A stretch of DNA of 57,499 nucleotides from a bacterium (GTDB lineage Bacteria > Patescibacteriota > Minisyncoccia > UBA6257 > 02-FULL-45-10c): the NCBI GenBank assembly GCA_030646555.1, contig JAUSKP010000010.1, positions 1 to 57,499 of the forward strand, in the 5' to 3' direction. Positions 48,964-57,405 of this stretch are shown in pieces; within the stretch, counting starts at the first letter, position 1; each line of letters opens with the position of its first letter. The translations under genes were made by a program, and so were the position numbers. Under the pieces are notes generated by a model. It was not told where the DNA came from. It did no database searches and saw only the letters and a program-made list of their open reading frames with translations.

Positions 48964-50391
48964 TTACATTTTCTCATACAACTGTCCGATACCCAAAATA
49001 TCCGCCTCCCTGAAATGCTTTCCGATCAGCTGAAAACCTATCGGCAGTCCGGTATTATTCTTTACTGGAATTGATATCGCGGGTACGCCGGCCAAATTTA
49101 CCGGAATGGTAAAAATATCAGACAGATACATAGCCAGCGGGTCATCTGTTTTCTCACCGATCTTAAATGCCGTGGTGGGAGTAACGGGAGTTAAAATAAC
49201 ATCCACTTTTTTAAAAGCTTCGTCAAAATCTTGCTTTATTAGAGCTCTCACTTTTTGGGCCCTGCCATAATAAGCATCGTAATATCCGGAAGAAAGCACA
49301 AATGTACCAAGCAATATTCTTCTTTTAGATTCAGGACCAAAGCCAAAATCCCTGTTCTTTTTATATAATTCAATTAAATTGTCCGCCTTTTCTCTGGTGC
49401 CATAACGAATGCCGTCAAAGCGGGATAAATTGGAACTGACTTCCGCCGGCATAATGATGTAATAGCAAAAAAGCGCGTATTTTGTATGAGGCAGACTGAT
49501 CTTTTTAGTTTTAATGCCTAACTTCTCCAGATCTTTTACCACTTCATTTATTTTATTGGCGACATTTTTATCTAAACCATCCACAAAATACTCCTCGGGA
49601 ATACCTACTGTCAATTTTTTGATATCTTCAATTTTTGGATTTAAAAGTTCGTCTCCATAAGACACCGGAGCGCTGGTAGAATCCATAATATCCTGTCCAC
49701 TCAATTCTTTGAACAAGATTGCGGCGTCTTCAACTGTTTTAGTGAACGGGCCAATTTGATCCAGGCTTGAAGCCATAGCCATCACGCCATACCTTGAAAC
49801 AGCCCCATAAGTAGGCTTTAGACCAACTGTGCCGCAAAATGCGGCCGGTTGGCGAATAGACCCGCCGGTATCAGAACCAAGCGCTGCCACAGCCATTTCC
49901 GAAGCAACGGCTGCGGCTGAACCGCCGGATGATCCTCCCGGAACCCTTTCCAGATCATGCGGATTATGAGTGATCTTAAAAGCCGAATTTTCCGTGGAAG
50001 AACCCATGGCAAACTCGTCCATATTTGTTTTTCCAAGAAAAACAGCTCCCGATGCTTTCAATTTATTTATAACCGTGGCGTTGTAGCTCGCCTTATAATC
50101 CCTTAAAAGCTTGGAGGCCGCCGTGCATTTTAATCCTTCTATCAAAATATTATCTTTTATCGCCATTGGCACTCCGCCCAAAACTCCCAATCCTTTTCCG
50201 CCGGCAATATTTTTATCCACTTCCCCGGCCTGCGACATAGCCATTTCTTCGGACAAACTAAGAAAAGCGCCGATTTTTTCATCTTCTTTTTTAATAAAAT
50301 CAAAATATTCTTTAGCCAATTCTTTGGCAGAATATTCTTTTTTCACCAGATCGTGGTGAATCTTTTTGATTGTAAGTCCTTTAATGTCCAT
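48964..50391 (-). CDS. gatA: Glu/Asp-tRNA amidotransferase subunit A
   Basis: Amidase signature GGSSGGSAAAVA...GSDTGGSIRQPA. Confidence 0.95.
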   Translation of the reverse strand: MDIKGLTIKKIHHDLVKKEYSAKELAKEYFDFIKKEDEKIGAFLSLSEEMAMSQAGEVDKNIAGGKGLGVLGGVPMAIKDNILIEGLKCTAASKLLRDYKASYNATVINKLKASGAVFLGKTNMDEFAMGSSTENSAFKITHNPHDLERVPGGSSGGSAAAVASEMAVAALGSDTGGSIRQPAAFCGTVGLKPTYGAVSRYGVMAMASSLDQIGPFTKTVEDAAILFKELSGQDIMDSTSAPVSYGDELLNPKIEDIKKLTVGIPEEYFVDGLDKNVANKINEVVKDLEKLGIKTKKISLPHTKYALFCYYIIMPAEVSSNLSRFDGIRYGTREKADNLIELYKKNRDFGFGPESKRRILLGTFVLSSGYYDAYYGRAQKVRALIKQDFDEAFKKVDVILTPVTPTTAFKIGEKTDDPLAMYLSDIFTIPVNLAGVPAISIPVKNNTGLPIGFQLIGKHFREADILGIGQLYEKM

Positions 50392-50430
50392 ATTTTTATT
50401 TTGTGTTCTTTTGCTATTTTACTTCCCTTT

Positions 50431-50501
50431 GTCATTCCGTACTTGATACGGAATCCAGAATCATGGATCCCCGGGTCTCGCTTCGTTCGCCCGAGGATGA
50501 C
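50431..50501. repeat. family B element
   Basis: gtcattccgtacttgatacggaatccagaatcatggatccccgggtctcgcttcgttcgcccgaggatgac. Confidence 0.85.
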
Positions 50502-50539
50502 AGATGCCCTTTGTTTTTCTAGTGGCTAGTCGCTAATTA

Positions 50540-50830
50540 CTATTCAAACACCGGTGGCACCTTAAGATATCCATCCTTTGATTCGGGAAATCCTTCTACG
50601 CCCTTGCCCTGGTCTTCATTTTCATTAAAATCATCTTCTCTTGTGATATTTTCCAAGCTAGTTCCTCCGGTCATTGGAACTACTCCGGAAGTATCCAAAT
50701 TCGCCAATTCTTCAAAATGGCCAAGAATACTTTTAAAATCAGCCAGAAATTTATCCTCTTTTTTTGGATCTATTTCTATCCTTGCCAGTTCGGCGAGATG
50801 TTTTAATATTTTTTTATTTATTTCTGCCAT
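50540..50830 (-). CDS. gatC: Glu/Asp-tRNA amidotransferase subunit C
   Basis: ILKHLAELARIEI...LANLDTSGV pattern. Start trimmed to MAEINKK because upstream codons come from repeat 50855-50946. Confidence 0.88.
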   Translation of the reverse strand: MAEINKKILKHLAELARIEIDPKKEDKFLADFKSILGHFEELANLDTSGVVPMTGGTSLENITREDDFNENEDQGKGVEGFPESKDGYLKVPPVFE

Positions 50831-50854
50831 AGAAGTAATATTACTATAAAATCT

Positions 50855-50946
50855 GTCATTCCGCACTTGATGCGGAATCTAGATCTTCTGGATTCCCGCT
50901 TTCCCTCCTTCGCCGAGGCTTCGGACGGGCAAAGCGCGGGAATGAC
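50855..50946. repeat. family B element with a nested GC-rich insert
   Basis: gtcattccgcacttgatgcggaatctagatcttctggattcccgctt[tccctccttcgccgaggcttcggacgggcaaa]gcgcgggaatgac. Confidence 0.85.
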
Positions 50947-51028
50947 AAGGAATAGATATTATTTACTTATTTTAATATCGCAAGAAACTCTTTTTCATTA
51001 AGTATTTTTACTCCTAACTTTTTCGTCA

Positions 51029-51089
51029 CCGCACCAGAACACCTCAGCACCAGAACTAAGTTCAATGCTGGGTATAAGTTCGGTGCGGG
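51029..51089. repeat. family G double-hairpin element (CCGCACCAG.. / ..CGGTGCGGG)
   Basis: ccgcaccagaacacctcagcaccagaactaagttcaatgctgggtataagttcggtgcggg. Confidence 0.75.
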
Positions 51090-51117
51090 ACTCCGCTCAT
51101 TATTGTTTAAATTATTA

Positions 51118-53247
51118 CTATCTTAACATAGCAATAAACTCCTTTTCGTTTATCGTCCTTATTCCTAATCGCTCCGCTTTCTCGGCTTTAGAACCAGGCT
51201 CAGCGCCAACCACTACATAGGAAGTATTTTTGGAAACAGATTCGCTCACGTCCCCGCCCAATTCTCTGACTTTATCTTTGGCGTCTCCACGCTCCAATGC
51301 TTTCAACGTTCCCGTGAAAACAAAAGAGAGCCCCTTCAACTTTAAACTTTTTCCGCTGGAGGCGGATCCACCTTTGGCGGAAACTTTTATTCTCACGCCG
51401 ACTTCTTCCATTTTCTGCAAAAGCTTCAAATTCCTGCTTTCACGGAACCAATCATATACGCTTTGCGCCACCTTCGGGCCGACATCCGGAAGTTCTTGTA
51501 GATCTTCCATTGTCATTTTTTCAAAGGCCCTAATAACATCCTTCGGCTTTGAAATTTGAAACCCCGCACCAGAAACTTTGTTTCGGTGCGGGACTAGTCC
51601 AGCACCGAGCCTTGCTCTGGTGCTGGGTTGTAAATTCTGCGCTAAGAGCGCAGCGGTTTCCTCTCCAATATGCAATATTCCCAAACTATAAATAAATTTG
51701 CTTAAAGAAATTTCTTTTTTTAAATTAACTTCCCAGACTATATTTTCAGCTGATTTCTTGCCAAATCTCTCAAGGGTCAAAATATCCCCTTCTTTTAATG
51801 TAAAAATATCGGCCGCGTCATTAATGAGCCCCTCGTCTATAAAACGGTCAATTATTTTAGGTCCAAGCCCCTCAAGATTAAATGCTCCGCGCGAAACAAA
51901 ATGATAAAGTTTTTCTTTATGGACTCCGCCGCAATTTTTATTACCGCATTTATAAAAAACTCCATCTTTAACCACTTTTCCGCCGTCAACAGGGCAAAGC
52001 TTGGGCATCTCAAAATCCTTAGTATGTTTAGGTCGCAGATCCTTTAAAACTTTTAAAATTTTAGGAATGACATCGCCCGCCCTGCTCACAATGACCGTGT
52101 CTCCTATCCTCGCTCCCAATCGCTGAATCTCGTCAAAATTATGAAGCGTGGCATGAGTAATTGTAATGCCCGCAACCTGGACCGGTCTTAGAGTTGCCAC
52201 GGGAGTTAAAACTCCGGTCCGTCCAACTTGAATTTTTATGTCTTCAATGACCGTCGTGGCTTCTTTTGGAGAAAATTTAAAAGCGATTCCGGCACGAGGC
52301 GCTTTGCCTATGACGCCGGCTCTTTCGTATTCTTTATTATCGTTTACAAACACCACGATCCCGTCAATTTCGTATGGAAGATTATCTCGTTTTTTGCCGG
52401 TCCAATAATCTTGAAGCCTAAAAATATCTTCCAAACTATCCACTCTTTTATTATGAGGGTTTATCTTAAAGCCCCAAGACTTCAAAAGCTCGTGCTCTTC
52501 TTCATGTTTTGTTATGCCCCATTTTTCCAGATCTTTAGACGGCATAATGATGTCATATTCAAAAGAATCCAGTTTTCTGCCGGCGGTAATTTTTGGATCC
52601 AGCTGACGGACAGAACCGGCCGCGATATTGCGAGGATTGGCATACGGCTTTAAACCTTTCATTTCCTGCTCCTTATTCATTCTTTCAAATTCTTTTTTAT
52701 TCACGAAAACCTCTCCCCTCACCACTATTTTTTTAGGGATTTTTATCTTTGCCTTGCTATCGTCCAATACCAAGGGCACCGCCTCCACGGTTTTAATATT
52801 TTGAGTGATGTCTTCCCCTACTAAACCATTGCCGCGGGTAGACGCCTGTTTTAAAATTTTATTTTCATAAAGAAGTTCAACGGCAAATCCGTCAAGTTTT
52901 AATTCGCAATAGAAATCTGAATTAACTTTCCGTCCCAAAAAATTTTCAAGCTTCTCCAGCCAATCATTCATATCTTCCGCGGAAAAAGCATCATTGAGAG
53001 ATATCATCGGCTGTTCATGTCCGACTTTTTTAAATTCTTTAAGAGGTTCCCCGCCCACTCTCTGTGTTGGCGAATCAGAAGTAATAAATTCCGGATACTG
53101 ATTCTCTAAGTCAAAAAGCTCCTTTTTTAAGGAGTCTAGCGCTTCGTCGGAAATGAGCGACTTATCCAAAACGTGATAAGCATAACGATATTTTTCTATA
53201 ACCTTTTTCAGTTCTATTATTCTTTTTTTAGCCGCCTGTTTATCCAT
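51118..53247 (-). CDS. ligA: NAD-dependent DNA ligase LigA with an in-frame repeat insertion
   Basis: Adenylation motif CELKLDG, OB fold, Zn finger (CPVDGG...CGNKNC), HhH and BRCT domains. Confidence 0.95.
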   Translation of the reverse strand: MDKQAAKKRIIELKKVIEKYRYAYHVLDKSLISDEALDSLKKELFDLENQYPEFITSDSPTQRVGGEPLKEFKKVGHEQPMISLNDAFSAEDMNDWLEKLENFLGRKVNSDFYCELKLDGFAVELLYENKILKQASTRGNGLVGEDITQNIKTVEAVPLVLDDSKAKIKIPKKIVVRGEVFVNKKEFERMNKEQEMKGLKPYANPRNIAAGSVRQLDPKITAGRKLDSFEYDIIMPSKDLEKWGITKHEEEHELLKSWGFKINPHNKRVDSLEDIFRLQDYWTGKKRDNLPYEIDGIVVFVNDNKEYERAGVIGKAPRAGIAFKFSPKEATTVIEDIKIQVGRTGVLTPVATLRPVQVAGITITHATLHNFDEIQRLGARIGDTVIVSRAGDVIPKILKVLKDLRPKHTKDFEMPKLCPVDGGKVVKDGVFYKCGNKNCGGVHKEKLYHFVSRGAFNLEGLGPKIIDRFIDEGLINDAADIFTLKEGDILTLERFGKKSAENIVWEVNLKKEISLSKFIYSLGILHIGEETAALLAQNLQPSTRARLGAGLVPHRNKVSGAGFQISKPKDVIRAFEKMTMEDLQELPDVGPKVAQSVYDWFRESRNLKLLQKMEEVGVRIKVSAKGGSASSGKSLKLKGLSFVFTGTLKALERGDAKDKVRELGGDVSESVSKNTSYVVVGAEPGSKAEKAERLGIRTINEKEFIAMLR
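51562..51627. repeat. family G double-hairpin element in-frame inside ligA
   Basis: ccccgcaccagaaactttgtttcggtgcgggactagtccagcaccgagccttgctctggtgctggg encodes ...PSTRARLGAGLVPHRNKVSGAG... in the HhH region. Confidence 0.8.
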
Positions 53248-53266
53248 TTTTTTATCCTTCTACTCT

Positions 53267-53327
53267 GTCATTCCGGGCTTGACCCGGAATCCAGAAATTC
53301 TGGATCCCGCATCAAGTGCGGGATGAC
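53267..53327. repeat. family B element
   Basis: gtcattccgggcttgacccggaatccagaaattctggatcccgcatcaagtgcgggatgac. Confidence 0.9.
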
Positions 53328-53339
53328 AAAAATAATTTT

Positions 53340-53756
53340 CTATTTAATAACTCTTATTTCTTGATTAAAAACATATGAGGTTTTTGCATATTTAGCGGTA
53401 GAAGTTATTGCAAAATAATCATAATCCGCATCTGAACCAGTTTGGACACAAGTTGTTTTTAAAATATCGTCGCCAACGCCAAAAGAAGGTTTTTCGTTGC
53501 AAACAACTCCGTCATCCGAACAATTTTCCGCTTTACACGAATTTTCATCCTTAAGAAATTTATAAAGCCTCCATTCCAGCCCGGCATCGGCGGCAAAAAT
53601 AGCTTTAGAAAAAGACCCCGCGTCAGCGCTTTGTCTAGTCTGCCGGGAAGTTAAAAGACCCCCGACTGCTACGGCGCCGATCATCACCGCGGATAGGACC
53701 ATAACAACAATCATCATTGCTTGTCCGTTATTATTTTTATCTTGTATTTTTTTCAT
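53340..53756 (-). CDS. pilin-like/pseudopilin-like protein (hydrophobic N-terminal helix)
   Basis: Start trimmed to MKKIQDKNNNGQAMMIVVMVLSAVMIGAVAV. The upstream part of the track ORF is translated family B repeat. Confidence 0.55.
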   Translation of the reverse strand: MKKIQDKNNNGQAMMIVVMVLSAVMIGAVAVGGLLTSRQTRQSADAGSFSKAIFAADAGLEWRLYKFLKDENSCKAENCSDDGVVCNEKPSFGVGDDILKTTCVQTGSDADYDYFAITSTAKYAKTSYVFNQEIRVIK

Positions 53757-53766
53757 ATCTTTTTTT

Positions 53767-53826
53767 GTCATTCCGCACTCGATGCGGAATCTAGGCTCTC
53801 TGGATTCCCGCCTTCGCGGGAATGAC
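53767..53826. repeat. family B element
   Basis: gtcattccgcactcgatgcggaatctaggctctctggattcccgccttcgcgggaatgac. Confidence 0.9.
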
Positions 53827-53838
53827 GAATGTTTTAGT

Positions 53839-54507
53839 TTAATATCGCAGATCATTTCTCACGCTCACAGTATTCTGCAAATTAGTAAAAGGCATAGTAG
53901 AAAGCTGAGTGTTTCTCGTACTCACCCTTAAAAGAATGGTTATTTTGGGATAATCCGTATCGCTTTCAAAACAAACCGAGTTTTCACACTGCATCAAAAA
54001 ATCGGCAAATTCCACCCGCAAATTCTCGCTGATTATTCCGCTGAAAAGATTGGAATCGGCGCAATTGGCAAAAACAGCCGGACCGACATTCCATTCCAAA
54101 GATTTACCCGCTCTATTCCAGCGATAGGTAATATAATCATTGCCGTACTTAAATTTTAAACATTTAAAATCACTATCCACTCCGTTATCCGCTAAAATTC
54201 TTTCAGAAATAAAGCTCTGGCCTAAACCCTTCCTGATCATCCTGGACATTTGATCTAGGGTTAGAGAGGCGTCTGAATTGGCCGTTATTAAAGCCACCGC
54301 AAGCCGGTTGGAGCGAAGAGAGCTTATAAATATTCCTGAAGCCACGGCTACAATAACAGAAAAAACCGATATAGCTATTAAAAGCTCTATCATCGTAAAT
54401 CCCCGCACCAGAGCATAGCTCGGTGCGGGACTAGTCCAGTACCGAAACGAAGTTTCTGGTACTGGGCCCCCTTTATCACCTATTTTAAATTTATTTTTCT
54501 GTATCAT
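53839..54507 (-). CDS. type IV pilin-like protein with prepilin N-terminal cleavage/methylation motif
   Basis: RGFTMIELLIAISVFSVIVA matches G|FT.IELL. The leader peptide is unusually long because it contains repeat 54401-54467. Confidence 0.75.
   Translation of the reverse strand: MIQKNKFKIGDKGGPVPETSFRYWTSPAPSYALVRGFTMIELLIAISVFSVIVAVASGIFISSLRSNRLAVALITANSDASLTLDQMSRMIRKGLGQSFISERILADNGVDSDFKCLKFKYGNDYITYRWNRAGKSLEWNVGPAVFANCADSNLFSGIISENLRVEFADFLMQCENSVCFESDTDYPKITILLRVSTRNTQLSTMPFTNLQNTVSVRNDLRY
54401..54467. repeat. family G double-hairpin element inside the prepilin leader-peptide codons
   Basis: ccccgcaccagagcatagctcggtgcgggactagtccagtaccgaaacgaagtttctggtactggg. Confidence 0.8.
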
Positions 54508-54512
54508 ATTTA

Positions 54513-55139
54513 TTAGCGCAACTTAAGATTCAAATTATATTTATAAAAACTGCCCTTAAAATCATAAAAATGGTCCTCTACGAAAAAACTTAATCTGGAT
54601 CCATCCTTGTCATTCCAGGAAACCGTGGAAGTAACTTTTATGTGTTCAAGATTGATATTTTCAATTGCTATAATTCTTTTTATCTTTTGCTTGGTCTCTT
54701 TATAGATATTCAAATCTAAGCCATCCTCATCGTAAGCATAATAACCACTGCCCGTTTCACTAAAAAATAAGGTTCTTTCATCTCCGTTGACAGATTTTAA
54801 TCCTGAATCATTATAATCAATTTCATAATTTCCCGGTGAAACTCCGGCATTCCACGCAACATTCTCGGGTTCAACGAGCATTATATTTTGGTCAATTATA
54901 TTTTTCGCCAGTTCAATTCCCTCGCCAGCCAAATTTACCGCGATATATCTATCCGCGGCAGTCCTATTTAAACCAATGGAACTGGAAGACAAGGCAAAAG
55001 CCCCTAAAAGACCGACGACAATAACAGACATTGCCACCATGGCTTCCACCATTGCCTGCCCAGCATCGAACTTGTTCTGGTGCTGGGCTTGCCCCTTCGA
55101 CAAGCTCAGGACTTCGCCTTTTTTAATTTCGTTATTCAT
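54513..55139 (-). CDS. type IV pilin-like protein
   Basis: AGQAMVEAMVAMSVIVVGLLGAF has G|Q...E at +5 and a hydrophobic helix. The leader contains repeat-derived codons. Confidence 0.65.
   Translation of the reverse strand: MNNEIKKGEVLSLSKGQAQHQNKFDAGQAMVEAMVAMSVIVVGLLGAFALSSSSIGLNRTAADRYIAVNLAGEGIELAKNIIDQNIMLVEPENVAWNAGVSPGNYEIDYNDSGLKSVNGDERTLFFSETGSGYYAYDEDGLDLNIYKETKQKIKRIIAIENINLEHIKVTSTVSWNDKDGSRLSFFVEDHFYDFKGSFYKYNLNLKLR
55059..55118. repeat. family G-like hairpin plus TTCGACAAGCTCAGG-type repeat within leader-peptide codons
   Basis: cccagcatcgaacttgttctggtgctggg and ccccttcgacaagctcaggacttcgcc. The latter motif also occurs in grpE (11466-11482, 11716-11733). Confidence 0.7.
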
Positions 55140-55186
55140 GCCAAGTTTGTATAATTTTTTAAGCTCATTTTTGTAGCGATTAAAAA

Positions 55187-55447
55187 TTATCTACAAACTT
55201 GAGCACCCGCCAAAATTTTATTTAAATAATTCCTGCCCCAACCTGTTTTTAAATACTTTTCTCGTTTCATAGCCATTAATTTATTTTTATGACCTTCAAA
55301 ATATACAAGTTCTAACGGACGTCTATTTTTAGTCGAAATTACCAATCCCTTACCGTGTTCCAATACTCTTCTTTTTATATTATCAGTATAACCGACATAA
55401 AACCCATTGTCTTTTTTACATAATAAAACGTAAGTATAATAAAACAT
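55187..55447 (-). CDS. small GIY-YIG nuclease-family protein (copy 3)
   Basis: MFYYTYVLLCKKDNGFYVGYTDNIKRRVLEH...NRRPLELVYFE. Start trimmed to the ATG at 55445-55447. Confidence 0.8.
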   Translation of the reverse strand: MFYYTYVLLCKKDNGFYVGYTDNIKRRVLEHGKGLVISTKNRRPLELVYFEGHKNKLMAMKREKYLKTGWGRNYLNKILAGAQVCR

Positions 55448-55462
55448 AAAATTTAGGCGGGT
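55205..55462 (-). mobile_element. candidate TIR-bounded GIY-YIG element, second copy with different but again complementary ends
   Basis: ACCCGCCAAAATTT (55205-55218) versus AAATTTAGGCGGGT (55449-55462), 13/14 complementary. Same positions relative to the ORF as in 43336-43625. Confidence 0.55.
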
Positions 55463-55621
55463 TAAAGGTTTTGTACCTGAAATTTGTTTGTTGAAACAAC
55501 TCCAAATTTCAGACAAAACTCTTTATTTAATTATATCAGAAATACAACAAAAAATGCTTTAAAAATAGAAATGGAAACAAAATTTTATTTGTATTATATG
55601 CTATAGTAAAATAAATATTTT

Positions 55622-56353
55622 ATGCAGACGATCATAATCAAAAAAAGCAAGGGAGTGGCAAAGAAATATTTTATAGAAGCACTCAATCAACCAGAGCTTG
55701 ATTTTGTTTTAAAAGACTTAGAACTTCCAATGGAACTGGCATCGAGACGAAAAAAAATTAACACCTCGTGGAAAAGATTTTTTTCATATTCAGAATATAA
55801 GCTAACCCACTTAGCCTATAAAACTTTTAATAAATACTATAAACGCGCAAGTGATGATATTAAAATCATTTATGAATGGCTTAATAAAAATAATTCTCTA
55901 TGGGATACTGCCCACTCAATAATTCCAACTATCACAAAAATTCCTTGGAAAAGAACTGTAATTATCAACGTCGTTTTTGGTCGTTGGGCCGCCGCAGATA
56001 AAAATCAAGTTTATATAGGAATGCGGCCATTTTCTTTTTTAGAAAATCCTCAGAGCAGTATCGTTTTACACGAAATGTTGCACGTAAATATTGAAGGACG
56101 AATGCCATCGTATTTATCACACCCTCATAAAACAGAAGAGTTGGTGGTAACATTATTCACGCGGCAATTGATAAAAACTCTCCAAGAAAAAAATAATATA
56201 ATAATTCCGGATCACACCCCAGATGCTTCTTATGGTGATTTTTCTGTAAAAATCATGGACAACATTGAAGAATTTGATGCTTTGGCCAAACAATCGGAAT
56301 CTATCTTTGATCTAGCAAGAAAAATCGATAAATATTTCTATAAAAGCAATTAA
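55622..56353 (+). CDS. hypothetical protein with an HExxH motif (putative zinc metallopeptidase-like)
   Basis: SIVLHEMLHVNIEG. No other recognisable features. Confidence 0.55.
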   Translation: MQTIIIKKSKGVAKKYFIEALNQPELDFVLKDLELPMELASRRKKINTSWKRFFSYSEYKLTHLAYKTFNKYYKRASDDIKIIYEWLNKNNSLWDTAHSIIPTITKIPWKRTVIINVVFGRWAAADKNQVYIGMRPFSFLENPQSSIVLHEMLHVNIEGRMPSYLSHPHKTEELVVTLFTRQLIKTLQEKNNIIIPDHTPDASYGDFSVKIMDNIEEFDALAKQSESIFDLARKIDKYFYKSN

Positions 56354-56356
56354 AAA

Positions 56357-56380
56357 AGAGGGGCTTATTTCATCCCCTCT
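56357..56380. terminator. bidirectional terminator hairpin
   Basis: AGAGGGGcttatttcatCCCCTCT flanked by A-run and T-run. Confidence 0.8.
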
Positions 56381-56402
56381 TTTTGCTTCTAAAAAACCTA
56401 GA

Positions 56403-56621
56403 TCACTTTCCGGAATCTCCTCCGTCTGATGTCTTGGTTTTATTACCATCGCTATCAGTTTTCCACCAGCTCCCGTCACCATGCTGGGTTGTGTGAGGAT
56501 TATTATTGCCCTCATAACCATGGAATGTTCTCGTGCTGCCCTCATCGGACTTGGAAACACGAAAACCCACACTGTCTCCGTCTTGATCCTTCCCCGTCGC
56601 GCGTTCGGTACTCTCGCCCAT
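56403..56621 (-). CDS. 72-aa highly hydrophilic Gly/Asp/Ser/Thr/Lys-rich protein
   Basis: GGAGG lies 8 nt before the ATG. 38 nt downstream of the GNAT gene. No hydrophobic core. Local G+C is higher than the surroundings. Confidence 0.55.
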   Translation of the reverse strand: MGESTERATGKDQDGDSVGFRVSKSDEGSTRTFHGYEGNNNPHTTQHGDGSWWKTDSDGNKTKTSDGGDSGK

Positions 56622-56659
56622 TATTATTCCTCCGTCCTTTTTTTATTTTTCTTCGGCAA

Positions 56660-57226
56660 CTAAATATTTCGCTTAAGTCGCCCAAGAAATATTTCGATTC
56701 GCGATAGATCTCGTTCTTTGTATATCGCGTATCTTAGCAGATCATATCGAATTCCATTGAATAATCTATGTCCGCCAAAACAGCCCTCTTGAGAAAATCC
56801 AGCTCCGCGAATACAGGAAAGTGATTGAGTATTATACTCATATACTTCCATATAAATCTTAAATATAGGAAACTCACTGAATAAGTGATGTAAAAATAAT
56901 GCTATGGCTTCAGCGCCATATCCACTAGTACGGTATGATTCAGAAAGAAAGATGGTAATAAAAGCATATCCGTCTACTTTTTTATAACCATAAGAATATA
57001 TTGTGCCTATGGATTTTCCATCTTTTTTTCTTATGATCATCATTTGGATATGTCTATCTCTTTTAAAATCCTCTTTCAATTCTTCTCTGAAATCATCCAA
57101 ATTTGTTTCATCTCTGCGAACGGAACAATTTTTTCTAAAATCGTTATCATTGCGCCATTGGAACAACAATGGAATATCTTGTTCACTGCAACAACGAAGA
57201 TAAACATGCCTTCCTTGTAAACCCAT
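56660..57226 (-). CDS. GNAT-family N-acetyltransferase (RimJ/RimL-like)
   Basis: 188 aa. Typical acetyl-CoA binding region (RTSGYGAEAIALFLHHLF) and RimJ-like N-terminus (LRCCSEQDIPLLFQWRND). Confidence 0.85.
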   Translation of the reverse strand: MGLQGRHVYLRCCSEQDIPLLFQWRNDNDFRKNCSVRRDETNLDDFREELKEDFKRDRHIQMMIIRKKDGKSIGTIYSYGYKKVDGYAFITIFLSESYRTSGYGAEAIALFLHHLFSEFPIFKIYMEVYEYNTQSLSCIRGAGFSQEGCFGGHRLFNGIRYDLLRYAIYKERDLSRIEIFLGRLKRNI

Positions 57227-57405
57227 ACAGTTGACCTCCTTTTTTATTTTTCAAAGATCCGTTCGTAGTTTTTAACTACGAAACACCATAAAAATAACGA
57301 TTTTTTGATGTTTTGTCAAATAAAAATGGGTTAGATTCAAGTCCTTGGCGCATTTTTTACCATTTGACAATTTTGGGAAAGCGTGCTATCATAAAAACAT
57401 AGTAT

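Noticed and set aside
56403-57226. GNAT plus small ORF as a TacT/TacA-type toxin-antitoxin pair
   Set aside because: The small protein is downstream rather than upstream, lacks any RHH/HTH-like pattern and is disordered and acidic. The GNAT looks RimJ/RimL-like rather than TacT-like.
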